A model generated the notes under the pieces. That model saw only the letters and a program-made list of their open reading frames with translations, had not been told where the DNA came from and made no database searches. 64,000 bases of DNA from NCBI GenBank assembly GCA_965199815.1, contig CBDATE010000010.1, positions 26,384 to 90,383 of the forward strand. Reading direction: 5' to 3'. The DNA is from Pseudomonadales bacterium. GTDB taxonomy: Bacteria > Pseudomonadota > Gammaproteobacteria > Pseudomonadales > Azotimanducaceae. The first letter of the stretch is position 1; the number at the start of each line of letters is the position of its first letter. Below are positions 37,901 through 49,068 of this stretch, piece after piece. The position numbers and the translations under genes are program-made.

Positions 37901-38653
37901 AGCGAGAATGGGGGACAGGCAGGCATCCATGACGGTGGTGTCGCCACGGCTGATGAACTTGATCAGGCCGCTGGTCTCGTGGCTGGTGGAAACCTGCGAA
38001 AACCCCAGTGTGCGCGCCAGTTGCGCCACCTGCTGCTCGTGCCGGGGAAAATTGAAGTTGTGCAGAAACACGACGGCGAGTGCGCTGATCCCTTCCGCCC
38101 TGATGTCGGTGAGCACAGTGCGCACTTCGTTCATATCAAGCCGCTCCAGTTCCTCACCTGACGCGCTCATGCGCCCGCGTACGCCATACACGCGATCAAA
38201 GAGCATTTCCGGCTTGACGATATGTCTGTTGAAGAGTTCCGGCCGGTTCTGATACCCGATGCGCAGAAAATCCTCGTGGCCGCGGTTGGTGACCAGCGCC
38301 ACCCGCTCGCCCGTGCGTTCGAGCAGGGCGTTGGTCGCCAGGGTGGTGCCCATCCTGATCTCATCGATCTGCTCGGCGGGGATGGCTTCGTCGGGTGCGA
38401 GGCCCATGAGCACACGAATCCCCTCGACGGCGGCATCCCTGCCGCCCCCGGTCTGCTCAGAGAGCAGCTTGTGGTGCAGCAGCTGACCGCTCGGTGTGCG
38501 CGCCACCAGATCGGTGAAGGTGCCGCCGCGGTCGATCCGGAAGCGCCAGCGACCTGTTGCAGTTTCTCCGGGCACTATTGCTGAGTGGTTGAAGAAGGCC
38601 GGACACCACGCACACCGGGGAAACTCCGCATGACAGAGGTTCCCGTGCGGCAC
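34928..38653 (-). CDS. Fused hydantoinase A/B family enzyme (5-oxoprolinase / N-methylhydantoinase-like)
   Basis: The N-terminus has [15 protein letters not shown], the hydantoinase_A signature, and the C-terminal half is HyuB-like. The first Met (38653) lies inside the REP-like element, so a GTG at 38576 ([18 protein letters not shown]) is the more likely start. Confidence 0.85.
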   Translation of the reverse strand: MPHGNLCHAEFPRCAWCPAFFNHSAIVPGETATGRWRFRIDRGGTFTDLVARTPSGQLLHHKLLSEQTGGGRDAAVEGIRVLMGLAPDEAIPAEQIDEIRMGTTLATNALLERTGERVALVTNRGHEDFLRIGYQNRPELFNRHIVKPEMLFDRVYGVRGRMSASGEELERLDMNEVRTVLTDIRAEGISALAVVFLHNFNFPRHEQQVAQLARTLGFSQVSTSHETSGLIKFISRGDTTVMDACLSPILARYVQRIINALGGQHRMPKLRFMMSSGDLTDARLFTGKDAILSGPAGGVVGMAEISRAAGCEQVIGFDMGGTSTDISHHAGEFERTFETEVSGVRVRAPMMHIHTIAAGGGSLLTYDGRRFRVGPASAGAHPGPMCYRNQGPLALTDANLMLGKLLPQHFPHLFGADGRQPLDRGSVQQAFQALANRLGDGRCAQQVAEGFVRIAVENMANAIRKVSTERGYDVTRYTLNCFGGAGGQHACLVADALGMERVLLHPLAGVLSAYGMGLASLGAHRQMAIEEVLAQDVERQLSAGFTSLIERTREELTVQGVEIERITVKRRVHLRYQGTDTALVVPATGERELREAFEREHRSRFGFVSSDKRLVIEAIEVESLVADEMESEPEAALETSDIQVHEHAEFFSGDQLHHVPVVKREQILPGQRLKGPALIVESIGTIVVEPGWSAEMTSRRHLLLMRHEPSPKRKLLATRADPIMLEIFNNLFMSIAEQMGVTLQATADSVNIKERLDFSCAIFNASGALVANAPHLPVHLGSMDRSVMSIIRSRRGRFEAGDVFVINAPYDGGTHLPDITVVTPVFDKTGTQLLFFVASRGHHADVGGLSPGSSSVDARSIIEEGVLIECFQMVRRGEFQEQALRDLLTRAQYPVRNVAQNMADLKAQAAANSKGAQQLLSMMDMYGLDVVQAYMRHVQENAAESIRGVIKALRDASICLELDAGRRICVAVRPDSKRQRVTVDFSGTSGQQSDNFNAPRPVTRAAVLYCFRTLVDADIPMNAGCLEPIELVIPERSMLSPEYPAAVVAGNTEVSQAVTSALFAALQVSAAAQGTMNNFIWGDVHCQNYETLCGGTGAGIDNQGCGFDGTDAVHSHMTNTRLTDPEVLESRFPVLLERFEIRRGSGGAGRFRGGDGVLRILKFLRPMEINLLTSHRETPPPGLAGGQPGARGVNQLRRADGRVETLRGCERVFLDAGDAIVMHTPGGGGFGDAGESQRESE
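34937..35135. repeat. Direct repeat copy B (the genuine 3' end of the oxoprolinase gene)
   Basis: See the entry for 34124-34322. This copy is in frame with the rest of the 1241-aa ORF. Confidence 0.9.
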
Positions 38654-38700
38654 ATGGATGTGCGAATCCGATCAAGCTCACGTATGGGCTTGATCAAGAA
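38612..38700. repeat. Solo ~85-bp REP-like three-hairpin element (reverse orientation relative to 2351-3205)
   Basis: Its reverse complement is ttcttgatcaagcccatacgtgagcttgatcggattcgcacatccatgtgccgcacgggaacctctgtcatgcggagtttcccc. This aligns with the left arm (2348-2387) plus the right arm (3167-3205) of the array-bearing element. It overlaps the GST stop codon at 38694-38696. Confidence 0.8.
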
Positions 38701-39635
38701 GATGCATCGCCCGGAGGCGTGATGTCGAAGTGAGTGCGCGGGAAATGCGTCATGATCGGCCCGGTTTCGGGTGTCGTGCGCGCGAGCACGATTTCGCTCG
38801 AGCCACATGCCACCAGTTTGCCCTCGACGGGTATCTTGCCGTAATCGTCGGGTGTGACGGTGACGCGGTCTCCGAGCGCGATACCCGAGGGCAGCATGGG
38901 CTCGATATCCGGCAGCACAGGTGCCATGGCGCGCGCATGTTCCAGTGCCTTCTCACCGGAGCTGCCGGTCATCTGTCCGTATCCAAAGCTGGCGACACGC
39001 TCAAACCAGGCATTGACTGCGGGATAGCCCGCAGCGAGCGAGCGGGTGCCCGATGCGGTTTGCAGCGCCCAGAGCGTGAGATACACGGAGAAATCCGCGA
39101 TGGTTGGACGCTCGCCGAGCAGGTAGGGGGTGTCGAGAGAGGCTTCGAGTTCAGTCATCACCTGAGTGAATCGCTGCATGGTGACCTCGGGCGACGGCAT
39201 GGCCATGGTTCCGCCCGCGGAGAGTTCCGCGCGGTCGGCGAGGAATCCCCTGGCCTCTTCCGCGGGAAGGCGGGCCAGCATCTCCTGCACGGACTCGGGA
39301 GCGCCGAAGCCGAGCGCCACGCCGATGAGGAAGAACTCGCGGTCTGCCCAGTCAACGATGCGCGCGGAGGCGAAGCTCTGCCCGAGCACCTCGGGTGCGT
39401 CGAGATGGCGCGACAGCCCCCTGACGATCACGGCGGTGTCGCAGTAGATGTTGGCACCGATCTGCAGGCAGGGAATGCGCCGATACCCGCCTGTGAGCGG
39501 CATCAGCAAGGGTCTTGGCATAATGGAAGTGGTCTCCACCGAATGCCAGGGGATATCCAGATAACCGAGCAGCGAGCGAATCTTCTCCGCGAAACGCGAT
39601 ACGGGGTAGTGGTGCAGGAAGACCTGTGCTGACAT
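38694..39635 (-). CDS. Glutathione S-transferase-family protein with a C-terminal extension
   Basis: 313-aa ORF with a thioredoxin-like N-domain pattern (HHYPVSRFAEKIRSLLGYLDIPW...RIPCLQIGANIYCDTAVI) and a helical C-domain. The assignment is moderate. Confidence 0.5.
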   Translation of the reverse strand: MSAQVFLHHYPVSRFAEKIRSLLGYLDIPWHSVETTSIMPRPLLMPLTGGYRRIPCLQIGANIYCDTAVIVRGLSRHLDAPEVLGQSFASARIVDWADREFFLIGVALGFGAPESVQEMLARLPAEEARGFLADRAELSAGGTMAMPSPEVTMQRFTQVMTELEASLDTPYLLGERPTIADFSVYLTLWALQTASGTRSLAAGYPAVNAWFERVASFGYGQMTGSSGEKALEHARAMAPVLPDIEPMLPSGIALGDRVTVTPDDYGKIPVEGKLVACGSSEIVLARTTPETGPIMTHFPRTHFDITPPGDASS

Positions 39636-39680
39636 ATTGAACTCCTGATATGTGATGTGTTCTGGCGGCTTTGGTGAAGG

Positions 39681-41132
39681 GTGTCAGTGTACAAACTCAT
39701 TCGACAGGACACGGCCTTGCCGAACTATCGTGTAACCAATGCAACCAATGTATCCAACGCTGGCAGGGTCTTCAACCCTGAGCGGCCTGATGCCCACCGC
39801 ACCGGAACATACGTAGTGTCCCGTTCGCGCATTCTGCGCCTGGCTGTGCCGGTCATGCTGGCGCAAGCTGCAATTGCGGCCACCGGCGTGGTCGATACCG
39901 CCGTCATGGGACTGTATGGCGACAAGTCAGACCTCGCTGCGGTCGCGATTGCCAGCGTCGCTTTCAGCTTCATCTATTGGGGTTTTGGTTTCCTGCGCAT
40001 GGCAACCACCGGACTGGTTGCGCAGGCGTTGGGGCGCAGGGACGGTGCGCAAGCGCGGGCGACCCTGCAACGCGGAGTATTGCTCGGTGCCGCCTTCGGG
40101 CTGTGCATCCTTGCGCTGTCTCCGATCCTGCGCCTTGGCGTGTTCGCACCGTTCGGGGCGGAGCCGGATGTGGTGATGCTGGCCGATGGTTATTTTGCCG
40201 CCCGCGTCTGGGGCGCACCGGCGCTGCTGACCCAGTATGCGATCACCGGCTGGCTGCTTGGCACCGGGCGCACCGGAGCGCTGCTTGCGATGCAGATCGT
40301 CATGAACGGCGTGAATGTCCTGCTTGATATCTGGTTCGTTGCCAGCCTCGGCTGGGGCCCGGCCGGGATTGGGGCCGGCACGGCGATTGCCGAATGGGTC
40401 GCGCTCATCTTTGCTGTCACACTGATCTGGCGCAGCCTGAAGCGCGAGCAGGGGTTGCTCGATCGCACCGCCCTGATGACGCTGTTCAACGCCAATCGGG
40501 ACATTCTCATCCGCACACTGGCGCTGCTTTTTGCCTTTGCCTGGTTTGTCCGATCGGGAGCGCAGATCGGCACGGCGCAACTGGCCGGGAACGAGGTTTT
40601 GCTGCAATTCATTACCGTCGCCGCCTTCGTGCTCGACGGGTTTGCCTTTGTTGCCGAGAAAGAGGTCGGCGAAGCTTACGGCGCCCGCAGTGTTCCGCGT
40701 TTGCGCCGCGCCATGCGGCTCACCACAGAGCTGGCACTGGCGTTTGCCGTTGTGATCAGCATCACGTACCTGCTCGCGGGAGCAGCCATCATCGAGCGGT
40801 TTGTCAGTGATACGGAAGCTCGCGGAGTTGCGCTGGCGTATCTACCGTATTGTGCAGCTGTACCGTTGCTCGGTGTCGCGGCGTTTCAGCTCGATGGCTT
40901 TTTTCTTGGTGCGACCCAGGGTCGGGCGATGCGTAATGCGGCAGTGGTGACGACGGCGGCTTATGTTGTGCTTGATCTCGTCCTGAGGTCCGCTTGCGGC
41001 AATACCGGAGTGTGGCTGGCTTTCCTCGGCATGTATGTATTCCGCGCCCTGGCGCTCGGCTATTACCTGCCGAGCCTCGTGCGCGCGACAGCAGATTTGC
41101 GATCCCGCAGATCAGCCGCTTGCCGGACATGA
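39681..41132 (+). CDS. dinF: MATE-family efflux transporter (DinF-like)
   Basis: ILRLAVPVMLAQAAIAATGVVDTAVMG...FLRMATTGLVAQALG, with about 12 hydrophobic segments. The true start may lie downstream of 39681. Confidence 0.75.
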   Translation: MSVYKLIRQDTALPNYRVTNATNVSNAGRVFNPERPDAHRTGTYVVSRSRILRLAVPVMLAQAAIAATGVVDTAVMGLYGDKSDLAAVAIASVAFSFIYWGFGFLRMATTGLVAQALGRRDGAQARATLQRGVLLGAAFGLCILALSPILRLGVFAPFGAEPDVVMLADGYFAARVWGAPALLTQYAITGWLLGTGRTGALLAMQIVMNGVNVLLDIWFVASLGWGPAGIGAGTAIAEWVALIFAVTLIWRSLKREQGLLDRTALMTLFNANRDILIRTLALLFAFAWFVRSGAQIGTAQLAGNEVLLQFITVAAFVLDGFAFVAEKEVGEAYGARSVPRLRRAMRLTTELALAFAVVISITYLLAGAAIIERFVSDTEARGVALAYLPYCAAVPLLGVAAFQLDGFFLGATQGRAMRNAAVVTTAAYVVLDLVLRSACGNTGVWLAFLGMYVFRALALGYYLPSLVRATADLRSRRSAACRT

Positions 41133-41181
41133 AGACAGTCCGGGTTTGCAGTACCCTGCAATACTGCTGTAGTCCACGAGG

Positions 41182-41733
41182 GTGTACATGACCTGGCTGC
41201 TGATCGGCCTGCTGTTTCTGGCCGCCTTTGGCCCGATTCTCTGGCTTTTGCCGAATGAAGCTGACAAGCGACTGTCGCGGCTTCGTACGCAAGCCCGGCG
41301 CAGGGGTCTCAGCGTTGAATTGGCGAGATTGCCGGATCCGCGCCCTCGTGCACAAGACCGCGTGAGCAGTGGCGGCGTGATCAAGCAACCCGTGATCAGG
41401 TGCGCTGCGTACAGAATGGCTATCACTCGCCCGCTACAGGACTTGCAACCCTGGCGCGTCGTGCGCGGTGACCCCGAAGCCGAGATGAGGCTGCACGGCT
41501 TTCTCGATGATATGCCTGACGGATGGCTTGCGGTCGAGCTCGACCGCCATGGCGCTTGCCTGTATTGGCAGGAAGAATCCGGCGATTGCCTGCAACATGA
41601 CGGGCAGCATGACAGCCAACTTGATGCCGTGATCAAACTGCTCAGCGGCTTGATCGGGACGGCTGTCAATAGCCAGCCGGACCAGTCGCTCGAACCTGCC
41701 AACCTGTCCGGGAAGCGCACGGCCCGGACTTGA
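41182..41733 (+). CDS. Hypothetical membrane-anchored protein
   Basis: 183-aa ORF with an N-terminal TM helix ([19 protein letters not shown]). I recognised no motif. Confidence 0.45.
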   Translation: MYMTWLLIGLLFLAAFGPILWLLPNEADKRLSRLRTQARRRGLSVELARLPDPRPRAQDRVSSGGVIKQPVIRCAAYRMAITRPLQDLQPWRVVRGDPEAEMRLHGFLDDMPDGWLAVELDRHGACLYWQEESGDCLQHDGQHDSQLDAVIKLLSGLIGTAVNSQPDQSLEPANLSGKRTART

Positions 41734-41789
41734 TCAGAACGCACCTCGGTATAGTAGGACGCTACCAGCAACGATCAAGGTATGTTTTC

Positions 41790-42947
41790 ATGCAACCACT
41801 CGCAGGGGGGCCGCTCACAGGCACCAGATTCATCGAATTGGCCGGCATAGGCCCAGGGCCTTTCTGCGGCATGATGCTCGCCGATATGGGCGCGGAGGTC
41901 ATCAGCATCGATCGCATGGCAGCAGCGCCGCGGCGTGAGAAAGATGTTCTCAAACGCAATCGGCGTTCACTTGCGGTGAACCTGAAGCGGCCCGAAGGCG
42001 TGGCGCTGGTGCTGAAACTTTGCGAGCAGGCGGATGGTCTCTTCGAGGGGTTTCGACCGGGTGTCACCGAGCGACTCGGCCTCGGCCCCGAAGAGTGCAT
42101 GGCGCGCAACGCCAGGCTGGTGTATGGACGCATGACGGGCTGGGGACAGGAAGGTCCGATTGCCCAGGCGGCCGGGCACGACATCAACTACATCGCACTG
42201 TCGGGCGCTCTGCACGCTATCGGTCGTGCGGATGGGTTTCCCGTGCCGCCGCTCAATCTTGTCGGTGATTTTGGCGGTGGCGGCATGTTGCTGGCATTTG
42301 GCCTGGTCTGTGGCGTACTCGAGGCATCGCGCTCGGGACGCGGGCAGGTGGTGGATGCGGCCATGATTGATGGCGCGTCGGTCCTCATGAGCATGTTCTA
42401 CGGCATGCTCGCAAGCAACCTGTGGAGCGATGAGCGTGGTCGCAACCTGCTCGACACAGGGGCGCACTTCTACGATACCTATGAGACAGCTGACGGCAAG
42501 TTCGTGTCCATCGGTTCGATTGAGCCGCAGTTTTACGCCGAGCTCTTGCGTCTGGCTGAACTCGACCCGGAAGTCTTTGGCGAGCAGATGAATACCGGAC
42601 GCTGGCCAGAACAAAGGGCGGCGCTCGCCGAGGTGTTCAAGCAGAAGACGCGCGACGAATGGTGTCGGATCATGGAAGGTACTGACGTGTGCTTTGCCCC
42701 GGTGCTGTCCTTGCGCGAGGCACCCGAGCACCCGCACAATGTGGCGCGCGGTGTTTTCGAGACGCATGATGGACTTGTGCAACCCGCTCCGGCACCGCGC
42801 TTTTCAAGAACCCGGGGCAGTATTCACAGCGCACCGCGCTCTCCGGGCGAGGACAGCTTCGACGTATTGCGAGATTTCGGCTACCACGAAGAGGAAGCCA
42901 GGGCGCTGCTTGATGCCGGTGTCATAGGAAGCAATCGGCCTGGCTGA
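41790..42947 (+). CDS. Family III CoA-transferase (CaiB/BaiF; alpha-methylacyl-CoA racemase-like)
   Basis: [32 protein letters not shown]...[16 protein letters not shown]...[10 protein letters not shown]. The start is taken at the ATG at 41790. Confidence 0.8.
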   Translation: MQPLAGGPLTGTRFIELAGIGPGPFCGMMLADMGAEVISIDRMAAAPRREKDVLKRNRRSLAVNLKRPEGVALVLKLCEQADGLFEGFRPGVTERLGLGPEECMARNARLVYGRMTGWGQEGPIAQAAGHDINYIALSGALHAIGRADGFPVPPLNLVGDFGGGGMLLAFGLVCGVLEASRSGRGQVVDAAMIDGASVLMSMFYGMLASNLWSDERGRNLLDTGAHFYDTYETADGKFVSIGSIEPQFYAELLRLAELDPEVFGEQMNTGRWPEQRAALAEVFKQKTRDEWCRIMEGTDVCFAPVLSLREAPEHPHNVARGVFETHDGLVQPAPAPRFSRTRGSIHSAPRSPGEDSFDVLRDFGYHEEEARALLDAGVIGSNRPG

Positions 42948-42973
42948 TCGTTCTGGCATTCGCAAGCAGGCTG

Positions 42974-44857
42974 ATGATGCGGCAGACGACATGGCACAGC
43001 GAATATCGCCGTTCGCTTGAAACTCCCGAAGCCTTCTGGGAGGAGCAGGCAGCGCAGCTTCCCTGGCTTCAGGCCCCGAAGCGGACCCTCGGCAAGGATG
43101 CCAATGGTGTTTATCGCTGGTTTGCGGGCGGAAAGACCAACGCCAGCTGGCTTGCCATCGACCGGCATTGCGATGCCGGGCGCGGCGCGGACACGGCGCT
43201 CATCTACGACTCGCCGGTGACGGGGCAGATGCGGGCGTTCAGTTTCTCCGAGCTGCGCGAGCAGGTGTCGCGAGTGGCCGGCCTGCTTGCATCACTTGGC
43301 GTTGCGCCTGGCGACCGGGTGATCATCTACATGCCGATGATTCCCGAGGCCATCATCAGCATGCTCGCCTGTGCGCGCATCGGGGCGGTTCATTCGGTGG
43401 TGTTCGGGGGCTTTGCCGCACCCGAGTTGGCGGCGCGCATTGATGATGCGGCACCCAGTGTGCTGCTCGCAGCCTCCTGCGGTATCGAGTTCGAAACGCC
43501 GATAGCCTACATGCCACTCATTGAAGCGGCACTCGGGAGCGCGCGGCATCCGCCCGAGCGCTGCGTGATCAAGCAGCGTGATGTGCTGCGCGCTGAACTC
43601 ACGCGCGGGCGAGACCTGGACTGGGACGAGGCGCTCGCCGGCGCCACGGCGAAGGACTATGTGCCGGTCGATGCTCTCGACCCGCTGTACATCCTGTACA
43701 CCTCGGGCACCACCGGGCGGCCCAAGGGCGTACTGCGCGACACGGGCGGTCATGCGGTTGCGCTCAATTACAGTATGTCCACGATTTACGACAGCCATCA
43801 AGGCGATGTGTTCTGGGCGGCTTCCGATGTCGGCTGGGTGGTCGGGCATTCGTATATCGTATATGCGCCGCTCATTCGCGGGTGCGCGAGTGTCCTGTAT
43901 GAAGGCAAGCCGGTGCGCACACCGGATGCCGGGGCCTTCTGGCGAGTGATCGAATCGCATCAGGTGCAGACATTCTTCGTGGCACCCACGGCATTTCGTG
44001 CGGTGCGCAAGGAAGACCCCGATGCCAGCTTGCTTGCGCACCATGACATATCGAGCCTGAAGAATCTGTTTCTGGCCGGGGAGCGCCTTGATCCGGCCAC
44101 CTTTCACTGGCTCGGCGAACACCTTGATGTGCCGATCATCGATCACTGGTGGCAAACCGAGTCGGGCTGGCCCATCTGCGCGAACCCGGCGGGGCTGGGA
44201 TTGGTGCCGCCGAAGGCGGGGTCTGTCAGCCTGCCTGTGCCCGGCTACGACCTCAGGGTGCTCGACGATCAGGGCAATGCCTGCGAGACCGGCCAGGAAG
44301 GGCAGATCGTCCTGGCTGAACCCCTGCCTCCGGGAAGTCTCTATTCGGTGTGGGGCGATCATGACCGCTATGTCGAGTCCTACTGGAGCGATTTCACTGG
44401 CTTCTATCTGACCGGCGACGGCGGTTATCGCGATGAGGACGGATATGTCTTCGTCATGGGGCGCACCGATGACGTGATGAATGTGGCCGGGCACCGGCTT
44501 TCGAGCGGCGGGCTTGAAGAGGTGATTGCCGCGCATCCGGCAGTAGCGGAATGCGCAGTGGTGGGTGTTCGGGACGAGACTCGGGGACAGGTACCGCTCG
44601 CCATAGTGGTGCTCAAGGACGGCGTGAAAATCGATGAGCAGGCGCTGGAGGGCGACCTGATTGCCAAGGTGCGCGCCGAGGTAGGCGCGTTCGCCTGTTT
44701 TCGACGCGCGATTGCGGTGCCGCGCTTGCCCAAGACCCGCTCAGGCAAGATTCTGCGTCACTTGCTGAGAAAGATGGTTGATAGAGATGACTGGACCATG
44801 CCAGCGACCATCGAAGACCCGGCAGTTGTTGATGAACTGCGTCAGCGGGTGGGGTAG
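42974..44857 (+). CDS. Acyl-CoA synthetase (propionate/acetate-CoA ligase family)
   Basis: It has the AMP-binding motif YTSGTTGRPKGV, an N-terminal PEAFWEEQAAQLPW and a C-terminal LPKTRSGKILR. Confidence 0.85.
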   Translation: MMRQTTWHSEYRRSLETPEAFWEEQAAQLPWLQAPKRTLGKDANGVYRWFAGGKTNASWLAIDRHCDAGRGADTALIYDSPVTGQMRAFSFSELREQVSRVAGLLASLGVAPGDRVIIYMPMIPEAIISMLACARIGAVHSVVFGGFAAPELAARIDDAAPSVLLAASCGIEFETPIAYMPLIEAALGSARHPPERCVIKQRDVLRAELTRGRDLDWDEALAGATAKDYVPVDALDPLYILYTSGTTGRPKGVLRDTGGHAVALNYSMSTIYDSHQGDVFWAASDVGWVVGHSYIVYAPLIRGCASVLYEGKPVRTPDAGAFWRVIESHQVQTFFVAPTAFRAVRKEDPDASLLAHHDISSLKNLFLAGERLDPATFHWLGEHLDVPIIDHWWQTESGWPICANPAGLGLVPPKAGSVSLPVPGYDLRVLDDQGNACETGQEGQIVLAEPLPPGSLYSVWGDHDRYVESYWSDFTGFYLTGDGGYRDEDGYVFVMGRTDDVMNVAGHRLSSGGLEEVIAAHPAVAECAVVGVRDETRGQVPLAIVVLKDGVKIDEQALEGDLIAKVRAEVGAFACFRRAIAVPRLPKTRSGKILRHLLRKMVDRDDWTMPATIEDPAVVDELRQRVG

Positions 44858-44873
44858 CACCAGGTACATTACA

Positions 44874-47800
44874 TCAACCAACCCAAGTCCCGGCAAGCAC
44901 TTCAGCCTGCTGAAGCACAGTCCGCACGGCGGAGGCTTGCAGGTCGGGCGGATAGCCGTACTTGCGCAGGATGCGCTTGACCAGAACGCGCATTCCGGCG
45001 CGCGCCTGTTCACGATGTTGCCAATCCACGGAGGCATTGGCTTTCAGGCTGCTCAGCAACTCATGGGCGATGACGCGAAGTTGCGCGTTGCCCATCACAT
45101 CGACCGCGCTTTCGTTTTCGGCCAAGGCATCGTAGAAGGCGACCTCCTCGTCGCTCAACCCCTCTTCCGCACCGCGCTGGTGTGCGGCGCGGATGTCCCT
45201 GGCAAGCCTGATCAGTTCCTGAAGAACCTCCGCCGTGGTGATGGCGTTGCTGTGGTAGCGGGCGATGGCTTCCTCCAGCCTTTGGGAGAATGCGCGGGTC
45301 TGCACGACATTGATCTGGCTGCGCGAGCGAAGCCCGCCGTTGATGAGTTTGCGCAGTGCCTCCATTGCGAGATTCTTCATCTCCATTCCCTGAATCTCGG
45401 CGAGGAACTCGTCGGAAAGGATGGAGATGTCCGGCGCATTCACCCCGGCTGCTTCGAGAATATCGACAATCTCGGTCGAGACGATGGCGCGGCTGACGAT
45501 CTGCTGCACGGCGAGGTCGCGTTCGGCGGAGGACTTGCCGGTGCCGGGCGCACTCTTGGCAAGTGCTGCACGGAGCGTCTGGAAGAAACCCACTTCGTCC
45601 CGGACACAACGCGCCGCGTCGCTGGCGGCGGCGAGCGCGAAGGCTTTGGTGAGATCCAGCACGGCATCGTTGAATCGACACCGGACACGCTTCCTGTCTT
45701 CTTCGTTCGTTTCCCGCGCCGCATCGCATTGCTGCATCGTGAGAACCCATTCCATGGCGTTGGCCAGTGCGGCGAGCCGCTCCTGCGCCGACCCGACCAG
45801 ACCCTTTTGGTAATCAAACCCGTGGAACATGGCGCGCAGAATATCGAGTGTATCGAGCATCACTGCGACAGCTTCGGCTTCGTCGATGCCAGCGTGCTTC
45901 CGGTCGCCCTGTGAGTAACGACCGAGGGCCGTCTTCAGGTTCTGCGCGATGCCGATGTAGTCCACCACCAGCCCGGCCGGTTTGTCGCGGAACACGCGGT
46001 TGACGCGAGCGATGGCCTGCATGAGGCCGTGCCCCTTCATCGGCTTGTCAACATACATCGTATGCAGGCTCGGAGCGTCGAATCCGGTCAGCCACATGTC
46101 GCGCACGATCGCCAGCCCGAATGCGTCGTCCGGGTCCTTGATGCGTTTGGCGAGCAGCTCCCGCCGAGTCTTGCCCCCGATGTGAGCCTGCCATTGCTGC
46201 GGGTCTGATGCCGAACCGGTCATGACGATCTTGACGATGCCTTTCTCGTCGTCGTCGCTGTGCCAGTGCGGGCGCAGCCTGACGATCTCGCGATAGAGTG
46301 CGACGCAAATCCGGCGGCTCATGCAGACGACCATGGCCTTGCCGTCCATGCCGACGACGCGGCTCTCGAAATGCTTGACCAGATCCCGAGCGACGAGTCG
46401 GAGGCGCTTCTCCGCGCCGACGACCGCCTCGACATTCGCCCATCTGCGCCTGAGCTGCTCCTGCTCGCCTTCGTCCGCATCTTCCGTCAATTCGGCTATC
46501 TCGTCGTCAATCCCGGGTTTCTCATCTTCATCAAGTTCGACGCGCGCGAGACGGCTCTCATAGTAGATCGGTACCGTTGCGCCGTCCTCGACACCGCGGT
46601 TGATGTCATAAACATCTATGTACTCGCCGAATACAGCGGGCGTATTCACATCTTCCTGTTCGATCGGCGTACCCGTAAAGCCGATGAAGGATGCGTTCGG
46701 CAAGGCATCGCGCAGATATTTGGCAAAGCCGTAGGATATTTCGCCGCTCCTGTGCGCCACCCTGGCGCGGAATCCGTACTGGCTGCGATGCGCTTCGTCG
46801 GCAATGACGATGACATTGCGGCGCTCGGTAAGCATCGGGTAATCGACTTTTCCATGCTCGGGCGAGAACTTTTGAATGGTGGTGAACACCACTCCGCCGA
46901 CTGGTCGGGAGAGGATTTGCTTCAGGTTTTCGCGGTTATCTGCCTGCTGTGGGGTCTGGCGTAGCAGATCGCGGCACATGGAGAAGGTGCCGAATAACTG
47001 ATCATCAAGATCGTTGCGGTCGGTGACCACCACCAGTGTCGGGTTTTCCATGGCAGGATGGGCGATGACCTGTCCGGCATAGAAGGCCATCAGCAAACTC
47101 TTGCCGGAGCCTTGGGTGTGCCAGATGACACCGATGCGCTTGTCGCCCTGTTGCTGCGATTCGATGACGGGCAGTCCGTACTTCGCCGGTTCATCGCGCA
47201 GCTCGTGGGCGAATCTCGGCAGTGCGCTCAAGGTGGATGCGACGGCGCGGCGCACGGCATGGAACTGGTGATATCCGGCGATGATCTTGACAAGCCCTGC
47301 CCCGCTATCCGCGAACACGGTGAAATCGCGAAGCAGACTCAGGAACCGTCCCTTGTCGAAAACGCCCTTGATGAGGGTTTCCATCTCGGGTGTTCCCTTT
47401 GGGTCGATAGTGGTGCCGTGCACGGTGCGCCAGGGCATGAATCGTTCGCGATTGGCCGTGAGTGAACCGAGACGCGCCTGAATCCCGTCCGAGGTCATGA
47501 GTACCGCGTTAAAGCGGAACAGCGAGGATATATCTCTCTTGTAGGTCTGAAGCTGATTGAACGCGCCTTCAAGGGTGGCGTTTTCGTCTCCGGGGTTTTT
47601 CAGTTCGATGACCGCCAGTGGCAGGCCATTGACGAACAGCACCACATCGGGTCGGCGGTTGCGATGTGCTTCAATCACCGTGAACTGATTCACGGCAAGC
47701 CAGTCGTTGGCACAGATGTCCTCGAAGTCGATCAGTTGCGCCGAATCCCCGCCGATGCTGCCGTCCTCGCGGGCGATCTCGATGGGCACACCCTCGATCA

Positions 47801-48098
47801 GGTAGCGGTGCAGACGGCGGTTTTCCTCGATAAGCGAAGGGGTTTCCGTTTGTCGCAGCTTGCGCAGGACTTCGTCCCGTGTGTCAGTGGGCAGATGCGG
47901 GTTGAGTCGTTCAAGCGCCGCGCGAAGCCGACCGATCAGCAGCACTTCATCGTAGCTGACGCGCTCCGCCACCGGGCTTTCGGGAGCAATGTCCGCGCCG
48001 TCCGTCACGGTATATCCGAGTTCTTCCAGCCACCCGAGCGCGGCGTTCTCGACCTCTCCCTCGGTGATGAGCATCATGAAACCATCCGCAGAGGACAA
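44874..48098 (-). CDS. hsdR: Type I restriction enzyme, R subunit
   Basis: The N-terminus is [18 protein letters not shown]. The motifs are [15 protein letters not shown] (motif I) and [14 protein letters not shown] (DEAH). It is 1074 aa long. Confidence 0.9.
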   Translation of the reverse strand: MSSADGFMMLITEGEVENAALGWLEELGYTVTDGADIAPESPVAERVSYDEVLLIGRLRAALERLNPHLPTDTRDEVLRKLRQTETPSLIEENRRLHRYLIEGVPIEIAREDGSIGGDSAQLIDFEDICANDWLAVNQFTVIEAHRNRRPDVVLFVNGLPLAVIELKNPGDENATLEGAFNQLQTYKRDISSLFRFNAVLMTSDGIQARLGSLTANRERFMPWRTVHGTTIDPKGTPEMETLIKGVFDKGRFLSLLRDFTVFADSGAGLVKIIAGYHQFHAVRRAVASTLSALPRFAHELRDEPAKYGLPVIESQQQGDKRIGVIWHTQGSGKSLLMAFYAGQVIAHPAMENPTLVVVTDRNDLDDQLFGTFSMCRDLLRQTPQQADNRENLKQILSRPVGGVVFTTIQKFSPEHGKVDYPMLTERRNVIVIADEAHRSQYGFRARVAHRSGEISYGFAKYLRDALPNASFIGFTGTPIEQEDVNTPAVFGEYIDVYDINRGVEDGATVPIYYESRLARVELDEDEKPGIDDEIAELTEDADEGEQEQLRRRWANVEAVVGAEKRLRLVARDLVKHFESRVVGMDGKAMVVCMSRRICVALYREIVRLRPHWHSDDDEKGIVKIVMTGSASDPQQWQAHIGGKTRRELLAKRIKDPDDAFGLAIVRDMWLTGFDAPSLHTMYVDKPMKGHGLMQAIARVNRVFRDKPAGLVVDYIGIAQNLKTALGRYSQGDRKHAGIDEAEAVAVMLDTLDILRAMFHGFDYQKGLVGSAQERLAALANAMEWVLTMQQCDAARETNEEDRKRVRCRFNDAVLDLTKAFALAAASDAARCVRDEVGFFQTLRAALAKSAPGTGKSSAERDLAVQQIVSRAIVSTEIVDILEAAGVNAPDISILSDEFLAEIQGMEMKNLAMEALRKLINGGLRSRSQINVVQTRAFSQRLEEAIARYHSNAITTAEVLQELIRLARDIRAAHQRGAEEGLSDEEVAFYDALAENESAVDVMGNAQLRVIAHELLSSLKANASVDWQHREQARAGMRVLVKRILRKYGYPPDLQASAVRTVLQQAEVLAGTWVG

Positions 48099-48195
48099 CG
48101 CAGTGAGATGGTCAACATCGGGCAGAGGCTCCCTGAAGTCAGGAGTGCGCCATTGTCCTACATGGAAGAGTCAATTTCCGGCTCGTGGTTCTGAA

Positions 48196-49068
48196 TCACC
48201 TCGGAGATGGTCGAGTTGCGCGATCGCGGAACGAACGCGCCACCTCGCGCAGAATGGGCGCATCTGCCTTGCCGAAGCGAACAGGCGCACCTGAAATGTT
48301 TGATGGTCTTGTGCAAGCCCACAAAACTTCTATATCAAGAGATGTAAAAGGTTCGATGATCTGCACCAAGGCCTCGCACAGGTTTGCGCTTACCCCTTCG
48401 GCTACAGCTTCTCCAAACGCGACTCCATCGCCGGTGGCGACACTTTCGCTCGCCTCTCGCGCCGCTGCCAGCGCGCCAATCAGACGTCTCGTCAAACGCC
48501 GTGCGATGGGTGCCTGCCTGTCGTCGGAATCTGGCAATAGCGTCGATATTGCCGGTGCGATCTCGGGGGTCAGCAAAGTCACCGCGAAACTGCCCTGATC
48601 TGTCTGGCCAAGACGCATCCGCTTCATCAGATCGGTCGCCTCCCGATTCGCGCCCACACGATAGACATTCCGCGGTTCGCCCAGCGAACACGCCGTTGCA
48701 AGCAGTAGGTCGCGGGCACCCGAGACGAGCCTGACACCATCTTCGATCCCGATACTCCCGTCGTCGCCTGCGGCAGCGCGTATACGTATGATGTCGCGGT
48801 CGGCAGTCGCCAAGTGCCGGTACACCGCAAGCTCATCCTGATTGATGACCTGTGCGAAAGTCTTGACGAGCGCCCCCACAGCACTGGCGTAATCGCCGAG
48901 TTTTGTCGTGCGCGGAATGATGATATCCGGCAAGTTGTCGCCAACATAGACGGACGAGTGGGTGCGATAGGGTTCTCCCTGATGCCACCCTCTGGCGTGT
49001 GCGTAGGCAGCCAGCGCAGCAGGTGATATTGCGCGAAGGGCATCCGCGTCTCTTATGCTGACCTGCAT
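48196..49068 (-). CDS. Hypothetical protein (Type I R-M cargo)
   Basis: The start is taken at the ATG at 49068..49066 (MQVSIRDADALR), which overlaps the upstream stop. I recognised no motif. Confidence 0.45.
   Translation of the reverse strand: MQVSIRDADALRAISPAALAAYAHARGWHQGEPYRTHSSVYVGDNLPDIIIPRTTKLGDYASAVGALVKTFAQVINQDELAVYRHLATADRDIIRIRAAAGDDGSIGIEDGVRLVSGARDLLLATACSLGEPRNVYRVGANREATDLMKRMRLGQTDQGSFAVTLLTPEIAPAISTLLPDSDDRQAPIARRLTRRLIGALAAAREASESVATGDGVAFGEAVAEGVSANLCEALVQIIEPFTSLDIEVLWACTRPSNISGAPVRFGKADAPILREVARSFRDRATRPSPR

Noticed and set aside
44778-45914. 378-aa + strand ORF
   Set aside because: It is antisense to hsdR and is a shadow ORF.
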